Source: an uncultured Myxococcales bacterium
Lineage (GTDB): Bacteria; Myxococcota_A; Bradymonadia; UBA7976; VGTA01
Assembly: GCA_937146725.1 (NCBI GenBank)
Contig: CAKZRU010000156.1
Location: 19,295 to 83,294 of the forward strand
Reading direction: 5' to 3'
DNA length: 64,000 bases
Below, one piece after another: positions 8,890-22,000 of this stretch. Under the pieces are notes generated by a model. It saw only the letters and a list, made by a program, of their open reading frames with translations, was not told where the DNA came from and ran no database searches. The translations under genes were made by a program, and so were the position numbers. Every line of letters starts with the position of its first letter. Positions within the stretch are counted from its first letter, which is position 1.

Positions 8890-9849
8890 ATGAATCAACC
8901 ATCTATGACTCAAGCTCAGCCCATCTGTCTACAAGGTCTGCACAACCAAAAAACAGCATATTGTTCACTTTGGCACCAATTTATCAGCTTACGTTTACTC
9001 ACTATTTTATTTTTAACCTGTACAACTTTACTCGCCTGCTATCCAGAACGAGTTGAATCTATCAAGCTTATGAATGAGGGGATCAAAAAGCATAATTCGG
9101 GTCGCTCTCCTGCCGCAGTAAGATTACTCGCCCGATCGGCTGAAACCGATCCAAGTAATCATAGGGCCTTATATTATCGAGGATTGATTCTGAACGACCT
9201 AGGACGCACTGAAGAAAGAGAAGATCGCTTTGAAGATGCTGTCCGCTCATTAGAAGCCTCACTAAAAATAAACAAAGAAGACCCCAAGGTCTTTTATCAA
9301 TTAGGTGTGGCTTTAGCAGAGCTTAAGCGAGATGAACAGGCATTAAGAGCCTTTTCTGATGCACAAACTATTGCTCCTCATGGCCAAGCAGCCTATCGCA
9401 GTGCTTTGATTCATTTGGAGAAAGAGCACTATAACTCAGCACAAGAGAGTTTACGAGCGGCGATCATTGCAGAGCCTGAGTTGGGGTTAGCCTATACTGC
9501 TTTATCTCAGCTCTATAGACTTTTTAAAAAACCATCCGCGGCAGTTATGGTTCTCAAAAATGCGATAGAGAATGATCCTGAGGATACAAATCATTACAGA
9601 GATTTGGGGGAAGTATATGCTTCTCTAAAACAGTATTCCAAAGCGATTCAGCTTTTTGAAACTGCTTTACAAGATCGTCCGACCAATGCGCCACTGACTT
9701 TTCTGCTTGCGGAAGCAAGTTATAACCATGGAGATTTACAGTCCGCCGAGATCTACATCAAAAAATATTTACGTATGGGACATACTAGAGAAGAAAAGCT
9801 CATGATATCAAAGGCCAAACGTCTTCTTGCTAAATTAAGAAAAAAGTAA
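8890..9849 (+). CDS. TPR-repeat lipoprotein
   Basis: Hydrophobic segment LLTILFLTCTTLLAC. Multiple 34-aa TPR-like helical repeats (ALYYRGLIL..., VFYQLGVALAELKRDEQALRAF..., LGEVYASLKQYSKAIQLFE...). Confidence 0.7.
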   Translation: MNQPSMTQAQPICLQGLHNQKTAYCSLWHQFISLRLLTILFLTCTTLLACYPERVESIKLMNEGIKKHNSGRSPAAVRLLARSAETDPSNHRALYYRGLILNDLGRTEEREDRFEDAVRSLEASLKINKEDPKVFYQLGVALAELKRDEQALRAFSDAQTIAPHGQAAYRSALIHLEKEHYNSAQESLRAAIIAEPELGLAYTALSQLYRLFKKPSAAVMVLKNAIENDPEDTNHYRDLGEVYASLKQYSKAIQLFETALQDRPTNAPLTFLLAEASYNHGDLQSAEIYIKKYLRMGHTREEKLMISKAKRLLAKLRKK

Positions 9850-10079
9850 AGCCTAGCTTAACTTACAACGCTAAGTACCTAAGTAATAGAGATAAATAAT
9901 ACTTAATCCCAATCGGCGATGCATCCTCTCAATAAACTTCTTAACAATCAGTAGATTATTGATTTGTGACTCGCTCAATCCCTTGCTATAACCTTTCTTG
10001 CTAAAACGTTTAAAGCAAAATCGGTTTCAAACTTCCGTAGTAACCACTAGTATAGACATTAGACTTGAGAGAGCGATCC

Positions 10080-13000
10080 ATGTCACAAGATGTAGCACTT
10101 CAGATTGAATCACTTGAAGCACAGGCCAACGAAGTAAATGGTGTGCAAAAGCAAGCTTTACTTGGACAAATTGTGAACACTGCCATTGCAGGTGAGTTAA
10201 GCATTGAGGAGATTAGCCAGTATTATATCAGTGCGGCTTCTCATGACCCTAATGATCCCTATGTCTATTGGCATGTGGGTCGTCAACTAGAAGGCAGCGA
10301 ACTGCATGAGTCAATTAGCTTAGCTCTTGCACAAGAGGCCGGAGATGATTCCGAAAGCGCATGGCTTGCACACAAAGCAATGTTTGATTCTCAGCATATC
10401 AATGAGGATAAGCGCTTAGATAGTACACTCAGAGATTTAGTGCGCAAAAACTCTGACCTATACCTATGGCAGGTTTATCGCTATGTAGAGCTTAATAAAT
10501 GGCGAAATGCTCAACAGATGTTTACTGAGCAAGAAGATGGTGATCGTGTCGAAGGCGCTAGACAAACCGCATATTTTGCTAAAGATATGGGCGCTGACAG
10601 TAAGCAACTCGCCGATTTATGGAAGGCCGTTTATCAAAGTAACCGAGATGATATAGAAGCCCAAGAAGCTCTTGTTCCTCTTTACAAAGATTTAGGTAAA
10701 TGGAAAGAATATGCCGAGGTCTATAAGCGTCTTCTTGATGGGATGGACGAATATGACCATGAACAACGCCGTGAAGCGATTGAAGCCCTAATTGAGGTAT
10801 ATACTCAGCATCTGAAATCAGATCAAACCTTAACCGAGCTTTATGCTGCCCTTTTTGATATTGATCCCAGCGATGATGAAATTGCTGAGCTACTTCAAGA
10901 AAAGTATGGCAAGCTCCGTAAATGGCAAAATGTAATCGAAGTCTTACAGGTTAGAGGTGATCACCTTGATGCAGCAGAGCAGGCCGGTGAAGGTGACATT
11001 TCTTACAGAAGAGTTCAGCTTCTATTAAAGCAAGCTGATGTTTATCAAAACCAACTGCGTAAACTCGATGAAGCCCAAGAGTTGTATGAGCGTATCATCA
11101 GTGAAGACCCAAGTGAGAAATCAGCGCTTGAGGCTTTGGGGCAAATCTATGAACGTAAAAGAGATTGGAGCAACTGGGCTGAGGTAAGGCTTAAGTTTGC
11201 TGAAGCTTTAGATTCAGATCATGAAAGCGCCGCTTGCCTACGCACCGATGCTGTTACCATTGAAAAAAAGGCGAGACAACCCGAGCTTGCTTTACAATTC
11301 TGGGAGCGAGCTTTAGAGTTTGAGGATGAAGCAACTGCCCTAATTGCAATCGCAAGTATCTATGAGTTAAATCAAAACTGGACTCAACTTGATGATCTTG
11401 TTTCACGCATTGAGACAAATCCTGAAATCGATGATTCCACCCGCATCACCTGGTTACAAAAGGCCGGTAGCTTTTCCCAAGATCAACTTGAAGATACCGA
11501 CCGTGCACTTGAACGTTGGCATAGTATTATCGAGCTTGATGCCGGACACAAAAAGGCGCTTGATCAAATCAAAAAGCTTTTTGTAGATGCAGCCCGCTGG
11601 GATGACCTAAGTCTTTTCTTAGGTGATCGGGGTGAGTGGAATGATCTGGTTAAAGTTTTTGAATCTCAAGCCAATAGTGTAACCGATACACATGAAAAAG
11701 TAGACTTATACTTTAAAGCAGCCGATATTTGGCTACAAGAACTTGATCAAGCCGATAAAGCTCAACGCAATCTAGAAAAGGTTTTACAAGCTGACGAAAG
11801 CAATGTTCAAGCCGCCGAAAGACTTGCTGAAGCTTATCGTGAGGCTCAACAGGATGCTAAGTTAGCAGGGGTACTTGAAGTCATTCTAAACCAATCAAAT
11901 GTTTTCTTAGGAATAGACGCTGATCTTACGGCTATCTCAGAAACGAGTGACTTAACCTTTGAATTGGTTAATCTCTATGAAACTGCTTTACGTAAGCCTC
12001 AACAGGCCTTTGAGTGGGTCTCTAAGCTTCTCACTATTGTGCCTGGCAATAGCCAAGCATGGGATAGTTTATTACGCTTAGCAGGCGCAGTTCGTCCTCC
12101 TTTATTTGCCGAAGCAATTACTCTATTGATGACAGCTCGACAGCAAGCTGCCGGGGCTTTGGATATTGAGCAGGAGCTTGAGCTATGTTTAAGACTGACT
12201 CAAATTGCGCAAGATGAACTGAAAGACTTAGATCAAGCACTTGAACTGTGCCATGAGGCACAGGCGATTGACCCCGATTCGATTCAGACCTTGCAAAAGT
12301 TAGAAGAGCTATATGAACTTCAAGGCCAATGGGAAAGGGTTGTCGAAAACCTTATTGGCTTGATAAACGTAAGTTCTAGCGATGCTCAAGAAGCCTTATA
12401 TTATAAGTTAGGTTCAGTGTATCGAGATCATCTTGGATTACAAGATCAAGCAATCGACGCTTTCAACACCTTACTAGAAGTGAATGATCAACGCTTAGAT
12501 GCAGTCGAAGCTTTACATCTCTTATATCGCCAACAGGGCGATGCGAACTCCTTATTCTCTATAATATTAAAAGAAATAGAGTTATTAAAAGCTCAGACTG
12601 ATGATGGCCAAAGTTCTGAAACTTTGGGACTAGAACTTGAGCTTGCCTCTCTTGAAATGGATGAACTAGATAAGATTGATAGTGCTCTTGAGCGCTTAAG
12701 AACAATCTTGGTTGATCACTCTAGACAACCGGTTGCTTTACAAATTTTAGAACGCATCCAAGAAGACCCAACCTTTGGAAAAGAGGCTGCCCAAACTCTT
12801 GCTGATATCTATTTAGACGGTGAGAATTGGGCGTCCTATGTTAAAAGTCTGTCAGTGATTGCACGAGACTCTGTAGATTCTTCAGCTCGAGTAGAACTGT
12901 TTGAAAAGATGAGTGCTGTCTATCTTGAGCATCTAAAAGATGATCTTGGTGCTCAACAGGCACTGAGCGCTTTATTAAAAGAGCAAGCAGACCATCCTAC

Positions 13001-16000
13001 AGCAATTGAACAACTTAAAGTTGTGGTTGGACGTACTCAAGATTGGTCTAGTTTTGCTCAAATTCTTGAAGAAATTATTCCAGAATTAGGTGAGCTTGAT
13101 CAAGAGGTCAATCATCTTCTTGAGTTGGCTTCAATTTATGAGCAACAGCTACAAGATACAGAAAGAACTTTGGCTACTTATCAACGTGTATATGCAGCCT
13201 CAAGTGATTCTGAACCCGCCCTTCTTGCGCTTGAACGACTCTATGAGCAAGGCTCTGATTGGCGTAGCCTACTCGAAATATTACGTGCTCGCTTAGAGTT
13301 ATCTCTCCTGACTCCCGTAGCGTCGGCCAACGAAATGTTGGATGCCAGTGATGAGCACTCTGAAAGTGAGGCATCGAGTGAGCTTGATTCTGATGAGCTT
13401 GATTCCTATGACCAGCAAGCGCAGAGCTCCTCAAGTTTATCGACGCTTTCTGAGTCTCTTTTAGTACGTATTGCCAATTTATATGAGCATACCTTAAGTG
13501 AGCCTCATGAAGCCATTGCCAGTCATCAAGAGTTACTCTCTTATTTACCAACCCGTATCGAGTCAAACCAAGCATTGATTAGACTCTTTAAGCAAGTTGG
13601 TCAATGGAGTGATTTGGTGATTTCTCTAGAGAGTTTTGTTCAACTTGAGGGCATTGATGATAAGGAAAAGATTGGCGCTTACCAAAGCTTAGCCTCTGTT
13701 CTTTTCAATCAGCTTGAGAGATATGAAGAGTCTTTACCGGTACTTTCAACGATTTTAAAGCTAGTGCCTAATGATGAACATAGCATCGCTTATCTTGAAC
13801 AATTAGTTCAAACGGCTGAATTTAAAGCACCAGCTGCGCAATTATTAAGCCCTTATTATGAGCAAACTGGACAGGTCGAGCACCAAATCTATACGCTCAA
13901 TATTTTGGCTGAAGAACAAGATGATAGCGCTGAAGGGCTTAGCCAAAAACTTGCTTATCTTCACCAAAGCGCACAACTTCACTTGAGCCTTAACGCTATT
14001 CAGGAAGCATATCATTGTTATGAGCAGGCCTTTATAAGCTCTCCAGAGTCAGAAGCTTCCTTAGAAGCCATGACTCAACTTGTATCAGCAAGCCAAGCTT
14101 GGGAAACCTTGATTCAAAGTTACGAGTCGGTCTTAGATCAAATTACCGATGACACACTTAGAGCCCAACGCTGTCAAGAACAAGCAGAACTATACCGACA
14201 TAAAACCGGCCAAACTGAACAAGCAATCTATCGTTATGAGCAAGCAAAACAAGGCTATGAAGCTTTATTTATTGCCGACTCTGATTCGGCGGTAGATTCT
14301 ACTCCTGCAGATCATGATGAGCCTGCCACTTCTGAGACTCAAGCCCAAAGCGTATCCAAATACTTCGAGCATCTTGTTAATATTTACAATGCCTTAGGTG
14401 AGCTTTATACAACTTCTGAGCAGTATACCCAACTTGTTGATTTATATACGCAAAGAGTCAATCTGGTAGGTACACTTGAGGGCAGTGAGAAGCAGATTGC
14501 TTACTTAACCAAAGCCGCTGAGCTTTCAACACAGGTTCTTGAGGATCAAGACCAAGCCATCGAGCTCTATCAGCAAGTACTTGGGCTAAATGCATTACAT
14601 ATTCCAGCGATCGATGCCTTATGTCACTTACACAGTGCACAAGGAAGTTGGGAAGATGTTGTTGGTCTATTGCAATCGAAAGAAGAAAGCTATTTAGAAG
14701 AAGAACTTGAAAATAAAATCGCCCTTAAACTGCAAATTGCTCAAACTCAAGTATCGCAGTTAAATGACCTTGAGGCTGCTAGTTTCTCCTATAATGAACT
14801 GCTGATGCTCAGCCCCAATCATCCAGAGGCTTTGGCCGAACTTGCTCAAGTTTATGCCTTACTTAGCCAATGGAATGAGGCACTAAAATGTTTAGATCTT
14901 TTGATTGAGCAACAAGATACAGAATCTCGCGCTCAAACTCGCTTCCAAGCAGCTCGTTTGGTCTATGCTGAACTCACCTCACCTAAAGAAGCCATCGAGC
15001 GTTTAGCACAACTTCTTGATGAAACTGTTCAGCATGAAGAAAGCTTCTTGATGCTCGAGGAAATGATCGATCAGCAAGCTGAAGCTGTTTTAGCTAGCGA
15101 TGTATTGACCAAGTCACTTGAGCGAATTGGAGACTTTGGACGCTTGGTTGAGTCGTTAAGACGCTTGCTCAATGTGACTGAAAAAGGCTCAGAGCAAGCT
15201 GCTCTGTGGATGCGTATTGGCACGATATATCAAGATGTTTTCATGGATGAAACCTCTGCTTTTGAAGCCTTCGCCTATGCTTTAAGAGCCGCTCCTCTCA
15301 CTGAAAATGCCTATCCATCTATGCTCAAGATCATTGCTCAGGCAGAGGCTTGGCCACGATTGGCTGAAGAACTTGAGCTTGCTCTCAATGAAGTGGCTAC
15401 TGCTGACCTTGATGATCTTGGTGGTACTCTTGCTCCAATGAGCTTACATCAGTGGGCTGCAGGTATCTATGAGCAAAACCTAGGTCATGATCAAGAAGCA
15501 ATTCGCCATTGGGAAGCCATCAGAGCATTAGTCACCTCACAAGATGCAGTGTATCAAGAAGCTTTGATTACCTTGGAACGCTTGTATGAACGCACAGCAC
15601 AGTGGGAAGAATTAGCACTTGTTTTAAACGATCGAATCGACATCATTGATGAAGCAATTAGCTCAGAAGAAGCGATGGACGAAGATCAATATGCAGAAGA
15701 ACAAGTGCTTGATGAGACTCTAATGGGTGAGGAGCTTCAAGCTCAGGACTCAGATCATGACTTAGAAGCGAGTGACTCGGCAGAAAGCTCTGACTCGGCT
15801 GAAAGCTCTGACTCGGCCGAAAGCTCTGACTCGGCAGAAAGCTCTGACTCGGCAGAAAGCTCTGACTCGGCTGAAAGCTCATCTGATGCAGCAAGCGTAG
15901 GCTTACTCAGTACTGAGCAAGAAGCGCTTAAGCTTATGCTTTTGCAGAAGCTTGCTAAGATTTACGCAGAATACTTACAAAGAACCGCAGATGCCTTAGA

Positions 16001-19000
16001 CACATATAAGATTGTATTTGCTTTATCACCAAATAACAGCGAAGCAATCACTGGCTTAAATACCTTGTTTGTAAATGGAATCGCTCAAGAGGATATTGCC
16101 GAAATCCTTGAGCCTATCTATACACAACAAGAGGACTGGTCCTCTTTGTATCAGCAAAAACAAGGCTTACTCCATCTCCGACAAACCAGCGAAGAAAAAC
16201 GTGAAGCTTGCCAAGAACTTGCATTTATGGCGTTAGAGCGCTTACAAGATGTACAAAGTGCTTTGGGGTGGTATGGAGAAGGCTTTAAGGCAGAACCAGA
16301 TCATGAGGCATGTCGTGAGGCCTTGCATACACTTGCTTTGGAAAATGGTTTTGCTTCAGCGTTAATCATGCTTTATGGCGAAGCAAGGGCTCAATTAAGT
16401 GATGCCTATACAATCTGTAATCTCAGCGTACATATTGCCCAAGTTCAAATGGAACATGTACAAGATTGGGAAGCGGCAGAACAAGAGTTTACCTATGCAA
16501 GAAGTCTCGATGATAATCGCTTAGATGTGTATGAAGGCTTAGATCGAGTTTACAGTACTTTAGAGCGTTGGCCAGAATTAGAAGAGATTCTTTCCAATGA
16601 AATTAGAATTCTCGAACTTGATGGCAATGAGCAAGCGAGTACTGTTGAAAGTCTATATTGGCGTATTGCAGACCTTTACGAATATCGTCTTGAACAACCA
16701 GAGCGAGCGGTTGAGGTTTTCCAACACCTTAATCAAATTAGACCAGAAGAGCTTGGTCCAACCTTGCGTTTGGAAACACTCTATCAAGCCCTAAGCCAAC
16801 ATGAAGAGCTTTTGGATATTTACTTACTCCAAGATAGCCTACTAGAAGGCAATGACCAGCTTGAAGTTCAACGTAAAATGGGCCGTTTGCTTACAAATGA
16901 GCTTGCCCGACCGTTTGAAGCCATCGATCTATGGCGTAAGATTCTTGAAGCTGTTGAAAATGACCAAGAGGCTTTAAACTCATTAGAGAGCTTATATGAG
17001 TCTGTTGAGGAATGGCGTGATTTAATTAGTGTCTGTGAGCAACAACTCGAACTCAGTTCCGGACACACAGAGCAAGAGATTAAATATCTTTCCAAACTCG
17101 GACAGATTTGGGGTGATCGTTTAGAAAGACCACAAAGCGCGATTTCGACTTGGCAAAAAGTTGTGACTTTGGCACCAACAAGCATTGAAGCACGCTGGGC
17201 TATGCGTGGTTTATATCGCCAAGATGATGATCGTAGTGCCTTACTTAATGTGAACCTTGAGTTACTTCACCTGATTGATGCTGAGCTAAGATCTTTAGCT
17301 CAAAGTCAAGCTGTACAGCCCTCTATTCAAACACCGGAACAAGTGGTCTCTGAACAAGCGAATGAAGCCGAAGTTTTCGATACACCTGCTACAAGCTCTG
17401 AATATCAGGCCGAACTTAATGAGCAGTTAGCTGATGTAGAGCAGGATCTTGCTCAAGAAATGCTTGCTGATGAGGTCTTGGCCACTCCAGAAAGCGCTAC
17501 CTTAGCCGTCAGTGAAGAACTTGGAGAGGGAGAACAAGCTCTAGATGCTGATGCAGCTTCAGTCTCTGGTGAAACCTTTGATCCTGACCTAAATGCTTTA
17601 GAGATCCATGAGAAAGCCTCAGTTGAAGAAACCCTTGCCTTTGGTGAAGATGAATCAACTTCGGTTATTGCACACTCAGCAACAGCCCAAGAGCAAAACT
17701 TAGAGACAGAGCTACTGAGCCAAGAGTTTACTCATGAAGCTCATCTTGAAGTCGCAAGTGTTGATGCACAGGTTATTGTTGATCAGGTTTCTATTGTTGA
17801 TCAGGCTCGAGCAGATATTCTTAATGAGCAACGGGCTGAAGTTCTTCGTGAGCTTGCCGATCTCTATCTCGAGTCTGAGCAAGAAGATGCTGCCATCGAA
17901 ATGCTGAATCTACGTTTACAAGTAGTTCCAAACTGCTTTGACACTATTCTTGATCTTGAAAGACTCTTTGAGTTACAGGCTCGTTGGCATGAATACTGTG
18001 GTATTTTAAAGCATCGATCTCTTTACACTGAAGATATTAACGAGCGAAATGCGATCTTATTTGGCTTAGCAGAGTCACAAGAGAGTTTCCTACAGGACTT
18101 AGAAGGTGCGGTAACCTCGTATCAAGAGATTTTAAGTACCGACCCTAATCATTACGAAAGCTTTGAGCATTTAGAACGCTTACTCAGCTCTTTAGAGCGT
18201 TGGCCGGACTTAATTACAGTACTGAACCAAAGAATTGGCGTCAGCGAAGATGCCGAAGAACGTCTTTCGATCGCACTGAGAATTTCTGAAATTTACGAAT
18301 CACAGGGTAATCCGCAAGATGCTTTAGTAGTCCTTGGTCAAGCCTTTACCAGTCAACCAAATGACCAATTACTTGGTGAGCAAATTGAAAACTTGGCCTT
18401 GCAAACAAACATGTGGACCCAAGCCATTCAGCTTTATGAAGCCTGTATTGCTCAGGTCGGCGCAGCTGATGAAGAAAGTATCTCCCTTCGTATGCGTGTT
18501 GCTCGTTGGTATGATGAAGCGATGAATCAGCCTCAATATGCGGTGACTCATTATCAAACCATTCAACAGATCGATCCGGATCACTTAGAATGTTTAAGCG
18601 CTTTAGAAGCGCTTTATGAAAAGCATAGTCAGTGGCAGTTTGCCGCTCAACTCATTGAGCAAAAACTCCAAAAATTAGTTGAACTCGAGGAAAGTACAGC
18701 GGCCTGGAAGCGTTTAGCAGAAATTCGCCATGAACATCTTGAAGATTTTGATGGTGCTTTGAGTGCTTATCAAGAGGTTCTTAATTATGAGCCGGATGAC
18801 CTTGATGCCTTAGCAGCACTTAAAGACCTTTATGCGATGAAACAAGATTTTTATCGCTTAATTGAGATTCTTGAACGTGAAGCAGACCTTCACGAGAACC
18901 TTGAAATCAAGGTAGAGAACCTTTTGCGAGTTGCCGAGATTAAAGAGGTTCGTCTTAATGACGTCGATGGGGCAATCCTAGCTTATCATGATGCCTTTGA

Positions 19001-22000
19001 ACGTGATCCAAACTGTGTTGATGCCTTACTTTCGCTCGAACAACTCTATCGTCAGCAAAAGAACACCTATGAACTACAACGAGTTTATGAGTCCTTAATT
19101 ATTGCGCGTACTAATAGCAATGACCAGCTAAACACTTATAACAAGTTAGCTCGTTTGCAATTAGAAGAACTCAATGACCGTGAAGGCGCAATTGATAGCT
19201 ATCGTAAAATGTTTATTATTGATGCTCAGTATACTGAAGCAGTCACTGCACTTGATAGACTTTATCGTGAAGATCAGCGCTGGGATGAACTCAAAGAGAT
19301 TTATGAGCAATACTTAGAGAGAGCACCTAATGCTGACCATACCATGGTGCGCCTAGTTCTTTCTGAGTTATCAGAAATGGTTCATCATGATGAAACCACC
19401 GCTCGCGAGCAAGCAATCGCTTACTTATTACCTATTATTGAGGTCAATCCACAGCATCTTGATGCGCTCAGTCGTCTAAGTTTATTGAATGGACAACTAG
19501 GACGTTGGGCCGACTGTGTACAGTATATGAGCGCAGAACTCGAGTTCATCAATGAGATCCATGCCAAGATCGAAAAGATGTACCACTTGGGTATGGTTCA
19601 CTTGGAACATTTGGAAGCACCGCATGAAGCCATTGAATGGATGAAACGAGCCTTAGAGCTTAATCCAAACTATTCTCCGGCGATGATTCAACTTAAAGAG
19701 ATTTATGAAACTCAAGGTGATTTCCAAGCGGTCATTCGTGTTTTGACCATGATGGAGGCTCAAGCAAGCAATGATATTGAAAAAAGTAAATGCTACTTTG
19801 AGATGGGACGTATTTACACTCAATTGCTTGGGGACAGCAATACTGGACTAGAATATTACAGCCGTGCGATTGACCTTGACCCAAGTAATGTAGATGTTGC
19901 TCCATTCTTAGTAGAGGTATATCTTCGTGATGAACGTTGGGAAAAGGCCAAGCCTTTACTTGAGCTCCTCATCGCGAATGAGCAAGAAACCGATATTCAT
20001 AAGCGTAGAGAGCATCACTTTAATCTGGCTCGCTGTGCACAAAACCTTCGTCTTGATGAACTTGCTTTGACTCATTATCAAGAGGCTTATCGCTTGGATA
20101 GTACACATTTCCAAACTCTTGAGGGTCTTTCAGAAGTCTATTTACGCCGTGATGATTGGGAAGGCGCAGCAAATATGCTGCAAGCGATCTTGATTCACCA
20201 TGGAGAACGACTTGAACCCGAAGCAAGAGTCGAGGTGATGTTCAAGCAAGGTAAAGCCAAGTTTATGCTGGCCGATGACCGCCGTACCTTAGACTTATTG
20301 ATCAGAGTCATGGAGATTCAGCCTAACCATGAAGAGGCTATGGAGCTTTTGATTCAAACCTATGAGCGTCGTGAAAAATGGGAAGAAGCGATTTATTATC
20401 GCCAAAGACGCTTAGAACTCACCGAAGATCAAGACACACGCTTTGATGCACTGATCGAGATTGGTAAAATTTATCATGAAAAGATGAACCAAGCCCGCCC
20501 AGCGATTGAAGCTTATGAAAATGCTTTGCAACTTAATGAGCATAGTCGTTTGGTTCTTGGTTCGTTATTACCGCTTTATGAATCAATAGAAGATTGGAAC
20601 TCAACCGTTCAGCTTCTCACCCACTTTGCCAATAATGAAGCTGATGGACCAACAAAAGCTAAGTATTTCTATGCGATTGGTGCTTTGCAAAAAGATCAAA
20701 TCAAAGACAACTTACAAGCGGTTCGTTCCTTTGATAAGGCTCTTGATGCAAATCCAACCGAGCTTAAGGCTTTTACTGCCATTGAGGAACTCTTGGTCAA
20801 TGAGCGTAATTTTGAACGCCAAGATCGCTATTTCCGCAAGATGCTTAAGCGCGCTACTGAGCACAGTATGGGTGATGACATGATCTTTGAGCTGGCTAAG
20901 GCTCTAGGTGAAATTAATCGTACTCGTCTCAGTAATTATGCCGAAGCGATCAAGGCCTATAACATTGCTTTGAGTAAGCGTCCTAATGACATAAATACTC
21001 GCAATATGATTGCTGAGCTATATGAGCATGAGCAAAAGTGGGATCTCGCTGTTGCACAACACCGTGAAATTCTTCGTATTGATGTTCGACAAATCAATAG
21101 CTTACATAAGCTTTTCCGCTTATTTGTCGGTCAAACTAAGTATGATGAGGCATGGTGTGTCGCACAGGCTTTGGTTTGCTTACGTCATGCACGAGATGAT
21201 GAGCAAGATTTTTATAGTAAGCACCATTCTCGTCGCTTAGGCGATATTCGCAAGCATCTTGAAAATGACCATTGGGCCTATTTGGTTCACCCCAAAAAGA
21301 GCCCTCTTATGGATCGTCTCTTTGAAAATCTTTATATTTATAATGCACCAGCAATGATGATGAATCATAAGGGATATGGCGTGCATAAGCGCCGTGATCT
21401 TATGTCAGCAAATGAACAAACTGCTTTCAATTCTGTATTGGAGTTTGTTTCAAAGGTCACTCGTTTTGAGCGTCTGTCTTGTTATGCAGGACCAGCTGGT
21501 GTGAATGGGCTTCGCTCTATGAATACCAATCCTCCAGCTATTTTAGTTGGTCAAGATATGCAACATAGTATGGGTATGAAAGCTTTAGTGTTCTCCATTT
21601 CTAAACTTCTCTTTATGATGACTCCACATGCTTTGATGGCAACTCTTGATGAAGATTATGATTCTCGTCGTAATCGTCTAAAGATTATTATCTTTACCCT
21701 CATGCGTATGGCGGGCATTGAAGTACAGGATTATGATTCTGGTTTAGTAGATGTCTATCGAAAGATTGATGATAACGATCTGAATAAGATCAATAACTTA
21801 CTTAATGAAATGCAAACAGATCAACGCACTCACCTTGATGTCTCTCGCTGGCTCGAAGGCCTAGATCATACAGCAAACCGTTTAGGCTTTGTTTTATGCA
21901 ATGATTTGGTCGAGGCAACCCAGGCCATTCGGAATGAGTCTGTGATTATGAGTCGTGCTTCAATCGCCGATCGTATTCAAGAACTCATTATTTTCTCGGT

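Noticed and set aside
11389-21240. Internal or antisense short ORFs within the giant TPR gene (e.g. 13174..13575, 15658..15894, 16868..17185)
   Set aside because: Frame shadows of an 11.97-kb continuous ORF. 15658..15894 is the antisense reading of the SDSAES repeat.
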